From positions 72,853,574-72,889,896 of the forward strand of contig NC_068985.1 of NCBI RefSeq assembly GCF_001194135.2: DNA of 36,323 bases. The letters are read 5' to 3'. Positions 23,190 through 35,761 of this stretch are shown here, piece after piece (the stretch's first letter is position 1; each line of letters begins with the position of its first letter). The stretch comes from Octopus bimaculoides. Its lineage: Eukaryota. The notes beneath the pieces are model-generated. The model did not search any database and was not told the DNA's origin. It saw nothing but the letters and a program-made list of their open reading frames with translations. Made by a program: the position numbers and the translations under genes.

Positions 23190-24230
23190 ATTCATTTCAT
23201 TACAATTATCTTTGCAATGAAGAGAAAGAAAATGCCTCATGGTTAATGTTAAACAAGTATTGTCGGATCAAAGAAGGGGTGACAACTCCAATATTTCAGT
23301 TAGAATTAAATATGCACTGACTAATATTAATTTAATCTTATCTTTAATTTGCACGGTGAGCAACTCTGTTTCTATCTTATTACATTACATCCGTGTAGAA
23401 TAGTTTTTTTCCTAGAGCTTGTCAGGTTTAGTGACGCAGGTTAGCTGTACTGATGCATAAGAAAAGTACACATGTCTTTACCACTTAATGAGCAAAAGAA
23501 ATCACCTAGGGACAGCATCTGCATAATTTGATCAACATTAGCTTATATTTTCTTCTCATTGCAAAGGGAATTTTAATTAAATGATTATTTTTTTTTTTGC
23601 TCACTGCAGTGAGTATGTTATCCCTCAGTTAAATGTATTATTAATGATTATTAAGGATTACTTATTTATAAAAGCTTAGCTGTCACTTGCAAGTGAATAT
23701 GACTGGATTGCTTTCTTATGCTTTTGCTAGTTGTTAAGGTGTCTATGTAGTCGTGAGCAGATATAGAAACCCTTTTGGTACACTTATCTTTAATCCAGTA
23801 GGACATTGAGAATGTGACAGCAAGAGGGAGGGAGGGAGAGCTGCACTTATACTGGGCTGGTACTCACTTTTAGCTGTATGATAGTACCAAAACCCACAGG
23901 CTAGTCAATGGTGTGAGTTAGGGTTAGAGTTTTGGATGAAATATGCTGCAATAGTTATTGTGATTCTTTATCTTCTGATTAAAAATGCTGCAGAAGACAA
24001 CTTAGCCCTTCATCCATTTGGGATTGATTAAGAAAGCACTGCCTTAAAATTAGTGTCATCCTCTCTCCATCCAGCTGTGACATGATAGATGTTCTATTAA
24101 ATCAATGCTGGGTGATACTGAGGAGGGATGCCTATGCACCGACTAGCGCCTAGATAGAGAGCTTTAAGAATTAATGGAAGTCTAAGTCATACTTGATTCG
24201 CAGTGATGACTGTAGTTTCATTTTATCACT

Positions 24231-24280
24231 ACACACACACGCACACGCACACGCACACACACGCGCACACGCACACACAC

Positions 24281-24319
<39 letters not shown>
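24231..24319. repeat. (CA)n/(CACG)n microsatellite; similar tracts at 33252-33386 (GATA/CT/CA), 35023-35066 (TG/TATG) and 35257-35320 (CA)
   Basis: Direct reading. Confidence 0.95.
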
Positions 24320-24324
<5 letters not shown>

Positions 24325-25909
24325 ACTGTATAAGTTTACCATAGGCTAAATGTATAATTCAGGATGATGATGATGACAGATCTTGGTATTTGTTCTCCTT
24401 GAAAAACTTAGTTGTTATTTAGTTCTGAATTGCCCCACCTCCATTAAGTATGTTTGGTCAAAAGCATTTCAAATGCAGCTATCCTGTTCTTTATTTTAAG
24501 GTACTGTGTTATCTGGACTATGCTATTCAAAATACTCTCCCTTTAATAAAGCAGTAAGATGTGATTTGATGGAGAATTGACTGCTATTTCTAGTAGGTTG
24601 TAAGGGTACAAGAGAGACTCTGTTTGTGACTTGACTGGGGGAAATAAAGTGCAAGTTGTAATGTTTATCATATTCGCAAGTAACTTAAGAGGAGAAACTT
24701 CAAGAATGAGAATCTGTCCACTGAGAACTTCACATCCTTTTGGGTTGAACATTGTTGCTGCTACTGCTACTGTTGCTACTGTTGTTTACCTAATGATCAG
24801 CTCTAATCCAACATCTCTAATAAAATATGTGCAACCATGTTCATATTGTGTTGTATTCTTAGTATATATAGCTGTATAGCATCTGATTTATCCATTTTTC
24901 TTTTTAATGTATTTAAATATAGTTGGGTGAGATTAGGGAAATTTGGCTGCTACTTATAGTAGATCAAACAAGCACATACAGATTCCCTCTTTGGTTCGTA
25001 CTGTCCAAACAGTTGGTCAAGAAACTACAATGTAATTTCCAGTTTCATGCCCTAGATACACCAGGAGTACAGTTACCAGGAGACACCAGTCAGGTTGATG
25101 TAATTGGTAGCTAAATTAAATGAAGATAGCAGACTTCCTTAGTTTTACTATTTCCACAGTTTTGTTAACTTCAATGAGAAATTTCATTTTATTTTAACAA
25201 AATATTGAAGATTAAATTTATTTATTGTTTGTAACATTTATGTATGATTATTATTTAATGCATGTCAAAGTGTTGAAAGATTGACTTTGGGCTTTTTCTC
25301 CCATGTTGTATTACTATTTCAATAACTCAACACTCATCCAAGAAATCCTATAAGAAGGAAAACCATAAAATGTTGTCCTCTATGTATGACCTGCCGTAGC
25401 ACTTATTTAGGCTTCTCTGATGAAATGTAATTAAACCGAAACATAACTAAAGTTATCACTATCCTACAAATGGTCAGAATCACTCACCACCACATTCAGT
25501 TTTTTATTCATTGTAATTTAAGTTCCGGAGTTGTCTCCTCCTGTCTTTATTGACCAAAAGTAATAACGATTTTTACCACCTCGCTATGGATGTAATCTTA
25601 TTTGATAAAATTTTTGTTTTGATTCAAAACAATGCATATTGCCTCCCAATTAGCTAATTGCTTTTCAAGCCTGTCATCCTTGGGTATCCATTTCTCCAGT
25701 CATTCCTTTTATGTTCCTCTAAAAATGAAAGACATCTATTTGTTCTCTCAGAGAAACCCAAACAATAGTTTATATACTTCAACTTATTTGAAACAGGTAA
25801 TGTATCTTTAAGCATCTCTAAAACAATTGCAGGTTTTTTCTAATTCCTATCCCTCAATCAAACTTTCTCTGAAGACAACAAAATTGATCTCTAATATTTC
25901 TGTACTTTT

Positions 25910-26451
25910 AAGGCAATGAGCTGGCAGAATTGTTAAATGCCTCGTGGCATTTCAGTCGTCCTTACATTCTGAATTCAAATTCCACTGAGGCCAACTTTGC
26001 TTTTCATTCTTTGGGGATCGATAAATTAAATACCAGTGAAACATTGGGGTCGATGTAATTGACTGGTCCTCTCCCTCAATATTTCAGGCCTTATGCCTTT
26101 TGTAGGACAGATTATTATTATTATTAAGATGGTAAGCTAGCAGAATCTTTAGCATGCTGGATATAATGCTTAATGTCATTTCGTCAGTCTTTACATTCTG
26201 AGTTCAAATTCCATTGAGGTCGACTTTGCCTTTTATTCTTTCAGGGTTGATAAATTAATTACCAGTTGATCACTGGGGTTGATGTAATTGACTGGTCTCC
26301 TCCCACAAAATTTCAGGCCTTGTGCCTATAGACGAAAGGATTATTATTAAGATGGTGAGTTGGCAGAATCATTAACACACCAGGATAAATACTTAGTGGT
26401 ATTTTGTTCGTCTTCATGTTCTGAGTTCAAATTCCTCCGAGGTTGCCTTTT
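25910..26451 (+). mobile_element. Head-to-tail trimer of SINE family A
   Basis: Copies start at ~25910, 26126 and 26349. Copies 1 and 2 end in (ATT)n directly followed by the next head. Copy 3 stops at the RTE relic. Confidence 0.9.
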
Positions 26452-26913
26452 CAGAACTCGATCATCTTGCGTTCGAACAACATGTGTTGCCCATCTCTAT
26501 TGAATTCTCAGCAGTATGCTTTCAATACTGGAGATATCAGATTTTTCTATTTTGATATTTGATATCTCATCTTGCCACTTTTTTGTTGCGGATATTGTGC
26601 AGACAGCATGTGTGAAAGGTTTCAAGTTTCTCTTTATGTCTGTAGTAGGGGGACCATGCTTTTGTCTCGGACAAAATTGTGCTCAGAATAAGAGATTTAA
26701 TTAGACTTATTTTAGTTTCCAAACTCACAAATGATGGGAAAGTTTTCCAGAAGCACTTGTAGCCTTAGATATTTTAACATTGATTTCATCTTCAAGAGTA
26801 CTCTTAAATTTTACTGTATTGCCATAATATTTAAATGATCTAACCTATTTGAGTGGCTTATTGTCAATCATCCCACTTGAATCTGAGTATACTCTGTTAC
26901 AGGATTTGGTTGG
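26452..26913 (-). mobile_element. RTE/BovB-like LINE relic, region C-terminal to the RT core
   Basis: Minus strand with frameshifts reads QPNP...K*VRSFKYYG...LEDEINVKISKATSASGKL...ETKISLIKSLILS...KLETFHTCCL...WQDEISN...SIESILLRIQ*RWATHV. Confidence 0.85.
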
Positions 26914-26944
26914 AATAAAACTTCAATCTTTTAAGTGCTGTTAA

Positions 26945-27127
26945 AATAATAATAATAATGGTTTCAAATTTTGCCACAAGGACAGCAGTTTTGGGGGGAG
27001 AGGATAGTCAATTACAATGACACCAGTGTTCAACTGGTACTTATTTTATCGACCCCAAATGGATGAATGGTAAAGTCAACCTTGGCAAAATTTGAAATCC
27101 GGATGTACAGACAGATGAAATGCTAAT
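26945..27127 (-). mobile_element. SINE family A, 5'-truncated, inverted relative to the trimer
   Basis: Reverse complement contains GGGGTCGATAAAATAAGTACCAGTTGAACACTGG and an (ATT)n tail. Confidence 0.8.
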
Positions 27128-28597
27128 AGGTTGTGACCTTGATCAGTCGCCTGGTTTAACACTTAGGCACTTATAATGGAAATCATTCTGTTGCATGCAT
27201 TGGACCAGGTCTTCAGATAACTTACTTTCCACCACCAGTCTCAGAGGTTCTGTGAAAAAATAATTAATTATGAGTACCTCTTTTTCTCTTCCAACTACGC
27301 CATTAAAAGTCTCCTACTTTTTCAGTTTATAAATATTCGACTATTTAGAGATAAAATCCAGAAATTGTTTATAGTAAATTTACACAAGCTGAACTAAGTC
27401 AATATCAATGTAGATAGTGCCAAATTCACCACGGTCTGATTCCCTTTGGACTGCTGAAAAGATTTCAGAAAAGCTGTTTGTCTAAAATTTTCTTTGCAGT
27501 CAAAGTAGAATTACAGTTATCACATGTGTATTTAAAAAAAAAAAAAAAAAAAGACTTTTTCTGTCTCAGCCAACAGAATAACAAATATATCTATGAGCCA
27601 ACAAAATAACCTCAATGTTAACATCTTAAGAATAGAAGACATATAATGTAATATAGTCCTAAACACATCTGAAAGACAATATAGTCAAGACTGGAATATA
27701 TTCCATCATAAGTTTCCTTGATTAAGATCGATCTGGGGTTACACTGCAATAACATAAGACCACAAATTAACGAGGGAGTCTACATGTGATTGCTCTATAT
27801 ACTAGAAATAGCAAACAAATATTCTTCAAATCAGACCATGCTGTCTGAAATACGGAAAAGGCACATTACATAATATTATCCAACATATTCCTAAACTGAT
27901 AGGAACAATCAAAATACTTTTGATCCTTGCTTAGCTTGTTTAGGATTAACTGGGACTAAATGATAACAGTAATAACAAAAACAAACATTACTTCAATCTC
28001 AATGCTGAAAAATAGGAATATTGCTTTCATGTATTTTAATGAAGATAAGGATTTCCCATATCGGCAAGAAGTCAGAAAGCTATCAGCAAGTTGGTTTCGG
28101 TAACTGACTCGTTTCTAGTAGTCCTTCCTTATTTCATCACATTCTGTAATGATGAAAATCAGAATCGAATCTGGATGGATTGCAACTCAGTAATAAAAAT
28201 ATGTAATGAAACATTTCTGTGATATTATTTATTTCCAACTCTGATCAAACAAACGATATCATCAGAGCCGTTCCAGCAAATATTAAGCTAATATCTGTAA
28301 CTCAAAAGTATAAGTAGATTCCTCTCTGATGAAGCAATTTATCACAGGGCCAAGGACAAGTATAAAAAATAAAATGCTCACTCACATCCTTGTAACCCTC
28401 TCACTACCTCCCAAAACCTCCTTGCCATTCCAGTAGAAGAAATATGATGTGGTACAATCCACAGTCCAGCCTGAACATAATATTAAGCATGGTAAAAAGA
28501 AAAAAAAAAGATTTCACTCCTTAATTAACTTCCCAAACTAGTTCATCTGGATGAAGGTGTCTGTTGCAAGGACTGAAATATCCAGTGATTATATATA

Positions 28598-29421
28598 TTA
28601 CATGGAAAAATGCAAGCAAAAGAAATGATATTCCTAAGATTATAAACCTGAAAAAATTACAGGAAAAGTTCAGGACAACTTATTACATCTGAACAAGAAA
28701 TTTTTACTTAAAATATTGCAATTAGGATAAAATTTCAAATAAAATATTTAGATTTAGAAAATATTAGCTTCTATTAAAGCTAAAAATTTTATTACTCATG
28801 ACTTCTATTAAAAATAAAAAATAACTCAAAATATTTTTCCCACTTTAAAAAAATCATTTTTAAAATTATTAATTAATTCGAAATTTGAAAATAGATTATA
28901 AAAAATGATAGTAGTACATAATTAGTTAGTACAATAAATAGAATACAAGAATTAGTTATATATTACAGTAAAATCAATCTATAACAACAAATTCACTGTA
29001 AAATTTGCTTGAGTTATAGTCTAAGTTATTGCCAAGTCTTCACATTTTTAGTCTTGACCCATTGCCTATTTTTTACATAATGAATTTGCCTACCATTTAT
29101 ACTATTCTACTTTGCATAAAACTTTAGCTATATTGGTACTTCTGGCTCTCATTTTTTGAGTATTCTAGTGTGTCAATATTTTAACAAAATGATGGTACCT
29201 TTTTTAATTATAATGTTACTTTGTAAATTAAAATCAAGTAATTTTTAATATTCATATTTTATCCTTAGCTGCAATATTTTAAGTAAGAATTTTCTTGTTC
29301 TGTACTTTACCAGATGTAATAAGTTGTCCTGAACTTTTCCAAGTGTTATAACTTGTTCTGTAATTTTTCAGGTTTATAATTTTAAGAATATTATTTCTCT
29401 TGATTGCATCTATCCATGTAA
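28598..29421. repeat. Old AT-rich inverted repeat pair (foldback-like)
   Basis: 28598-28735 aligns to the reverse complement of 29255-29421 with two indels; includes the exact block GGAAAAGTTCAGGACAACTTATTACATCTG. Confidence 0.8.
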
Positions 29422-30186
29422 TCCATGTTTTTCCACACTATGCTATTATGCTAATTAATAATGTGTCAAATGTATCAATCAATTAGCTTTGTCGTTGATA
29501 ATTTTTTCTTTACCTCAATGACGCCAGTGACATACATTAAAATTCCCCTTATAGAACTATATTCATAAAAAAGTATAAAAGTATAGAACTACATTATCAC
29601 TCGCAAATTTGAGAAACAAACACTCATAACGTTTTTCTTATAAAACGTCATTGCATGAGATCGATACCATGAAATTCCTCGAATTGAGCTCTATCACTTA
29701 AGCTTAATTAAAAATAGTTTGTATTTATAATAAAAAAAGTTAATTATACTTAAATCCAATTTTTTTGCCTTACTTATACTTTTTTCATTCTATTTTACTT
29801 AACAACTTTTTTGATACAAATTTTTGTTGCATGGGACTAAAACTATGAAATTCTTCATGCTTTCTTCAATCACTGAAACTAAGATAAATATATTTTGTTT
29901 TTAAAATAAAAAAGTTATTTAGATCTAAACTTGATTGGAGGTGTTACTTACTCTCCCATAACGTTGCTACAAATTCTGATGTAAGCTTTTTTCTACTGTA
30001 TCAGATCTCAATTTTTTAATGCTAAAATGTTGCTCGGGACCATTCCTCTTCAAAAATGTTAACAGTTTTCAATTTGGTTTAAGAATTGAATTAGCGACAA
30101 GCTCTGAAAGATGTTGCGCGTAAGTAAATTGCGGCCTTAAGAATATTATTCAGCTACTACCGTAGTTGAATGATATATATATATAA

Positions 30187-30373
30187 GCTGGCACTCCGTG
30201 GGTTACGATGGAGAGGGTTCCAGTTGATCCGATCAACGGAGCAGCTTGCTCATGAAATTAACTTGCAAGTGATTGAGCACTCCTCAGATACGCATACCCT
30301 TAACGTAGTTCTGAGGGAGATTCAGCGTGACACAGAATGTGACAAGGCCGGTCCTTTAAATAATAGGTACAAC
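30187..30373 (-). mobile_element. SINE tail X (3' part of family C)
   Basis: Minus strand GCCTTGTCACATTCTGTGTCACGCTGAATCTCCCTCAGAACTACGTTAAGGGTA matches 7765-7815. Confidence 0.8.
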
Positions 30374-32116
30374 TAATTTTTGCCAGCTATTCTTAGCAAA
30401 TATGGATAGGCAAATTTAGCAATCATTCAGCCATGTCAGATGATTATTAAATTTATCTATCCTTATTTCGCATGAAACTGTTCGTAACAATTTTAATCGG
30501 TTGCTAGAAGACTATTGTATTATATAAATTATGTGTCTGTGCGTGCACGCCAACACACGCACACACACACATGTATACAAAAACACACACACACGCACAC
30601 ATATATACTTCAAACTTTCAAATGAATTTTACAAAATTGTGTTATTTTCTTAATGCATTAAAATAAAACAGTCATACATTCTTTGGTTTCAACCAATATA
30701 TTTTGAGAATTTCATCGTATGTTGACAAGACAGTTTAATTGCTGGTGCTGCAGATAATGAATTTTTTTGCCACTAAAGTTTACTATCTTATGAAATATTT
30801 ACACTTCAGTAATTAGAATAACAAGTAAAAACTGAGGAAAAAATAACATTTGCCATTTGATGGATTGCTGTGGGAAAACACTGTTTAATGTTATATCCAG
30901 TAACTTATTTGATTTACTTGTTTTTGTTATGCTGATAACAGTATTTCTTTAGTATTCTTAGCGCTGCCTATGATATTTAATAACTTTCGTTATCAAGGTG
31001 CAGCTGCGACGGTTTCATTTCGAGAAGGGTTACACTGTGACATGAGCAAGAACAGAAATCATAATCACTCAAGTTGTGAACAACTCTCCAAGAAATGGAC
31101 ACTCATCTATTGATTACACTGTGTATCAAAATTATTGCTTTTCTCTTTGGTTAGTAAGAGTTATTTCCTATTTGTTTCTATCTAGAAATTAAAAGAAATG
31201 ACTACTCTCCGCTTTAAACTTTGCTTTTGTGACCTGGACATCAATGTTTTGAGACTGACCTATTTCTATTACATTTCAGACAGATTCAGAGCTGAGTTGC
31301 TGAAGCAGAAATATTGTCATAGAAAATATTTTGCTCAATACCACACACTTGCTTGTCAGTTTCTTGACCTTAATTCTTGAGCATGTCCCTTAGTGGCTGA
31401 CAATATGTGCATCTCTGATCATGGGCAGGAGTAGAGGAGGAACATCAAAGCCATGTGTTGAAAAGGATTCTTTGGGGTTTGAATAAATATAACAAAACCA
31501 AAGTTTGAAGGAAATAGCTATTTTTCATACTTTCTTAGGGGTAAGCAAATGGGAAATAACAGTTGTTATCCAAGGATAAAAATTGTGTTAAACAGTGTTA
31601 TTAGTGATAGAAAGTTACTAAACTGTGTGTTCGAGAAGAATAATCGTAGCCTGTGTTTTCACTGTTCGCCGCTTACTCATATTGGTTTCTTTGCACTGGG
31701 CACATATGACCTACAGTTTGGTCGATGGTGTGGGTATACGAGGTAGCGACGTTTATGACAATGAAGTAAACGTGAGAGAGAGCTTCTGCTTAATTTTTTT
31801 TATTACTCGCTAGTGTATTGTACTAAGACCGAATGCTTGTATGAGCTTAAAAAACAATCACTTGTATATAGATAAAATTGTGCATTAGTCAATAGAATTC
31901 TGTAAAGATAAAAAGCTATAAAAGCTGCTACAAATTAACTTTATTAAAGTGTATTTCATTTACTTAAATATTGTAAGAAACGCAAAACAAAATATTCTTA
32001 TGATAAGCATTTTATATTCGAGTGCGAATTGTGACAGATTTAGGCGCGCAAGATTTTCACCTAGCTAAAGAGTTGATAATGATAAACAATTGCCTCTACT
32101 TGCAATATTTAGATGG

Positions 32117-32220
32117 TTGCCATAGTAAAAGACGCTTGCCCAAGGTGCCACGCAGTGGGACTGAACCTAGAACCATGTGTTTAAGAAGGAAACTTCTTAC
32201 CACACAGCCACGTTTGCACC
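32117..32220 (-). mobile_element. tRNA-derived SINE head (family B)
   Basis: Minus strand GTGGCTGTGTGGTAAGAAG...GGTTCAGTCCCACTGCGTGGCACCTTGGGCAAG matches 2981-3067. Confidence 0.8.
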
Positions 32221-32321
32221 TAAATACACGCACACGCACACACACACACGAATATATGTATGAAGTATATGTGCGTGTTTATGTATGAATGTATGTACGT
32301 CTGTATGTATATTTCTCTCTC

Positions 32322-32644
32322 TGACTCAGTGATTAGAGCGTCGAGCTCACAATCATGAGGTTGTGAGTTCGATTCTCGACCAGGTTGTGTGTTGTGTTCT
32401 TGAGCAAGACACTTTATCTCACGTTGCTCCAGTTCACTCAGCTGTGGAAATGAGTTGCGACATCACTGGTGCCAAGCTGTAATGGCCTTTGGATAACATC
32501 AGTAGTATGAAGAGGGGAGGCTGATATGCATGGGCGACTGCTGGCCTTCCACAAACAACCTTGCCCGGACTTGTGCCACGGACGGTAACTTTCTAAGTGC
32601 AATCTCATGGTCAGTCATGTCCGCAGGGCGTCTTTAACCTTTTA
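32322..32644 (+). mobile_element. tRNA-derived SINE with a CORE-like central segment (family E)
   Basis: A-box-like TGACTCAGTGATT, B-box GAGTTCGATTC, then TTGAGCAAGACACTTTAT...TTGCTCCAG, which resembles the start of the CORE domain. Confidence 0.7.
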
Positions 32645-33315
32645 CACACACACGCACACAGGTACAGCTACACCCATATAAAAACATGCACACACATTAG
32701 AATAACAGAAGGTGAAGATATCATGATAACATGATTGACGGACTCGTCAGCTTATATTTCTTTATGATTGTTTTCTATTTTGAATTTAGGGCAGAACACA
32801 ATAATACGCTAATGTAGTTTTCAATATTTATATTTTGAAAGTAACACAAAAAATAAAATATGAGGAATATGACAAATCAGTGGTACGTCTGCCAAATCAG
32901 TGATACGTATATGTAACCAAAAGATTTGCGTGGGTTTTAAATGTTCTGTTTCTTATGTGTCCCCTAAAATATTGTGCTATGGATTTCTAGAAACCATAGG
33001 ATTCCTGGTAAAATTTTCTAGAGACCATAGGATTACTGGTGGAATTTTAACATGAAATGTAATGGGATGCGAAAATGCACACGAAACTGTGAAGTAGACG
33101 CGGCTTACCAGATATTCACCTCTTATTTTATGGTGCTGTTTCTACTTACATATGCCAGTCACTTTCCGAATTATTTTCTATATAAAAGGCAATTTAAAAT
33201 CCTCACTTTAATATTATTGCTAAAATTACTTGTTGGGAAGAGGAAATGGTTGATAGATAGATAGATAGATATACACACACACAGACACGCACGAATGCAC
33301 AAACGCACGCGCACC

Positions 33316-33390
<75 letters not shown>

Positions 33391-34066
33391 CTTTGCTTTG
33401 ATTTGCTTTTCTATGGGGTAACTTTACATTAAGCAGTGGAACGTACAATTTCCTGCAATTCAGACTGCCTCGAGGTCCCAGCAGACAAAAGGTATTGCCC
33501 CAGAAGATGATGAGGGAGATGCACTGAAACAAACATTCTAACTCACGGGGCTCGCACTTGCAGATAGCCATCTCCACCCCGAGACCGAGAACGCCAGAGA
33601 TCTCTACTGCCACAGGGTCAACCACAAATCTGCCAGACCGATTAACAATAGAATAATTTGCTCTCATTCATAGAAGTCTTGCCTGAAGACCTCAAGCAGT
33701 CAGGAAATATTTAATTCTCGTCATTTTTTTCCACACCGGTTTTACTCAGACCAATAAAAGATTCACTTATTTGTGTTTTGACCATAGGCTCGGGAACACG
33801 GGTTACAGAGAGTACAAGTGCATCCACTAAAATGAAAACGCTTTAAACATCCTCCGGAAAACTTCATCGCCGACGCGAAAGAGTGCAGAAACATTTTTGC
33901 ATTGATTTGAAACATTAACTTTTTTCATTATTGGATTTATTTGATTTGATTGATGGACAAATTTAATAATAATAATTATTATTATACCTGTGTTTGTTTT
34001 GATATTAAGATTGAAAAAATCGACCTTGTTTCTAAAAAAGTTTGGGCCTGGGTTTGCACTTACTTA

Positions 34067-34360
34067 TGTAAGAACAGAAATAAATTTATTTCTCAAACGC
34101 GTGATAATGCTATAAATAGCGTGATCAGGATAAATTATCCATTTATTGCAGAAAAATACGCTACTGGCCAGCCATGAGACTCGAACTCACATCTCTGTGA
34201 TTACGCGTAAAACACTTGACGCGTAATCACAGAGATGTGTCTTCGAGTCTCATGGCTGGCCAGTAGCGTATTTTTCTGCAATAAATGGATAATTTATCTT
34301 GATCACGCTATTTATAGCATTATCACGCGTTTGAGAAATAAATTTATTTCTGTTCTTACA
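34067..34360. repeat. Near-perfect 294-bp foldback (142-bp arms, 10-nt loop)
   Basis: Arms 34067-34208 and 34219-34360 differ by 3 substitutions with no indels. Confidence 0.95.
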
Positions 34361-34442
34361 ATACATCTCAACGCTTCTAAAAAAGAACAAACTTTGTTCG
34401 TTTACTTTCATCGTAAAGTTGAATTTAACGTTAGCGACTTAC

Positions 34443-34462
34443 TTATGTGTTTTGCTCGCCAT
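34443..34462 (-). CDS. Candidate first coding micro-exon of an unidentified gene (MASKTH plus 2 nt)
   Basis: Minus strand CCAAAATGGCGAGCAAAACACATAA|GTAAGT: a strong start context followed by a consensus donor, in CpG-retaining non-repeat sequence. No downstream exon was identified. Confidence 0.45.
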
Positions 34463-35025
34463 TTTGGATCACGCAAGACTCTCTCCTGCTTCTCTCATTC
34501 TTTCTTATTGCTTTTACAGAACGTAGCAACTTCTCTGTTAATCTTTCAAATCTGGACAGCGTAAACAGTACAGATAACAGAATCGATCTTTTGTCTTCTG
34601 ACATCTGTCTTGTCTTAAATAAAAAGACGCGTTAAGCGGGAAATGGGAGGGGGAGAAAACAAAATCAACTAGCGTAATCTCTATTTCGCTAACTTACATA
34701 TGTTATTTTCTTTTCTATTTGCCCAAAGATATTTGTTCAGAGAACACGTGTGAATGAAATCGATCACTTATTAGTACTAATATGCATAGTGATTTCTTTC
34801 TGTAACACCTGAATCATTCACTTTGTCTTTACAATGACTAACGTGTACGTTTCCTAAAACATATTTTATGCAGTTTTTATTAATGTTGTAAATTGAAACC
34901 TATCTTCAATGCAAGAATTACTGTCTATTTTTAAACCTGTATTCGCAGCCCTTGTAAGGAAACGTTTTGTCTGACCCTTTGAATTAGTATAACATTTAGA
35001 TGTTTACATTTGTGGTAGCATGTGC

Positions 35026-35059
<34 letters not shown>

Positions 35060-35263
35060 GTGTGTATGTTTGTCTATAAGTGAGTATGTATGCATATGTA
35101 TGTGAGTGCGCATCCTTAATTTTCTACAGAGGTCGCTGTTTGCCTATTCTATAATATAAAGCATTTGCAAACGCATTTTATAAAACGACTGTTTTAATTA
35201 ATCAAACACACACATGTGCGCGTACACACACGCCCCCCCCCCCNNNNNNNNNNCCCCCACACA

Positions 35264-35311
<48 letters not shown>

Positions 35312-35761
35312 CACACACACACTTATATTAAAACAAACCTTGTTATCGGTATACATATTTAAACAAGATGGCGAATTCTGGATATCAAGTGATTTATTAA
35401 TCTAACAAAAATATTTGATTTTGAAACGCACAACTAAATATTTGTCAAAATTAATAAATTTGGCTGCTTGTTGGTGCAACTCGCTCTTTAATTATAGTCT
35501 GATCTGATACTGTGGTCACCACATACCCAATATCAACGATATTTGAGATGGAAGGTTACTTAACGAATTTTATTTCTACTTCCTGTCTAGTTTATATTAT
35601 TTATGTCAACAGATTTCGCTGATACAGACAATTATACTTAATTGCATAGTTTTAGAAGATTGCTATTTTCATACAATTAAGTGGAATATGCAATTAACCG
35701 AATTCATATAATAAGGCAGGACATTACTCTATTACTGTATATTGTCAATAATAAGATAATG

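Noticed and set aside
24118-24150. CTGAGGA-G-GGATGC-CTAT-GCACC-GACTAG, a possible hammerhead relic
   Set aside because: GAAA is absent, stem II is bulged and no stem I forms.
25417-25446. CTGATGAA...ACCGAAACATA, a possible hammerhead relic
   Set aside because: Both core strands are present, but G10.1 is missing and stems I and II do not pair convincingly.
27470-27535. Minus-strand YTCDNCNSTLTAKKILDKQ with C2H2-like spacing
   Set aside because: Both histidines are missing, a stop follows immediately, and there is no splice acceptor.
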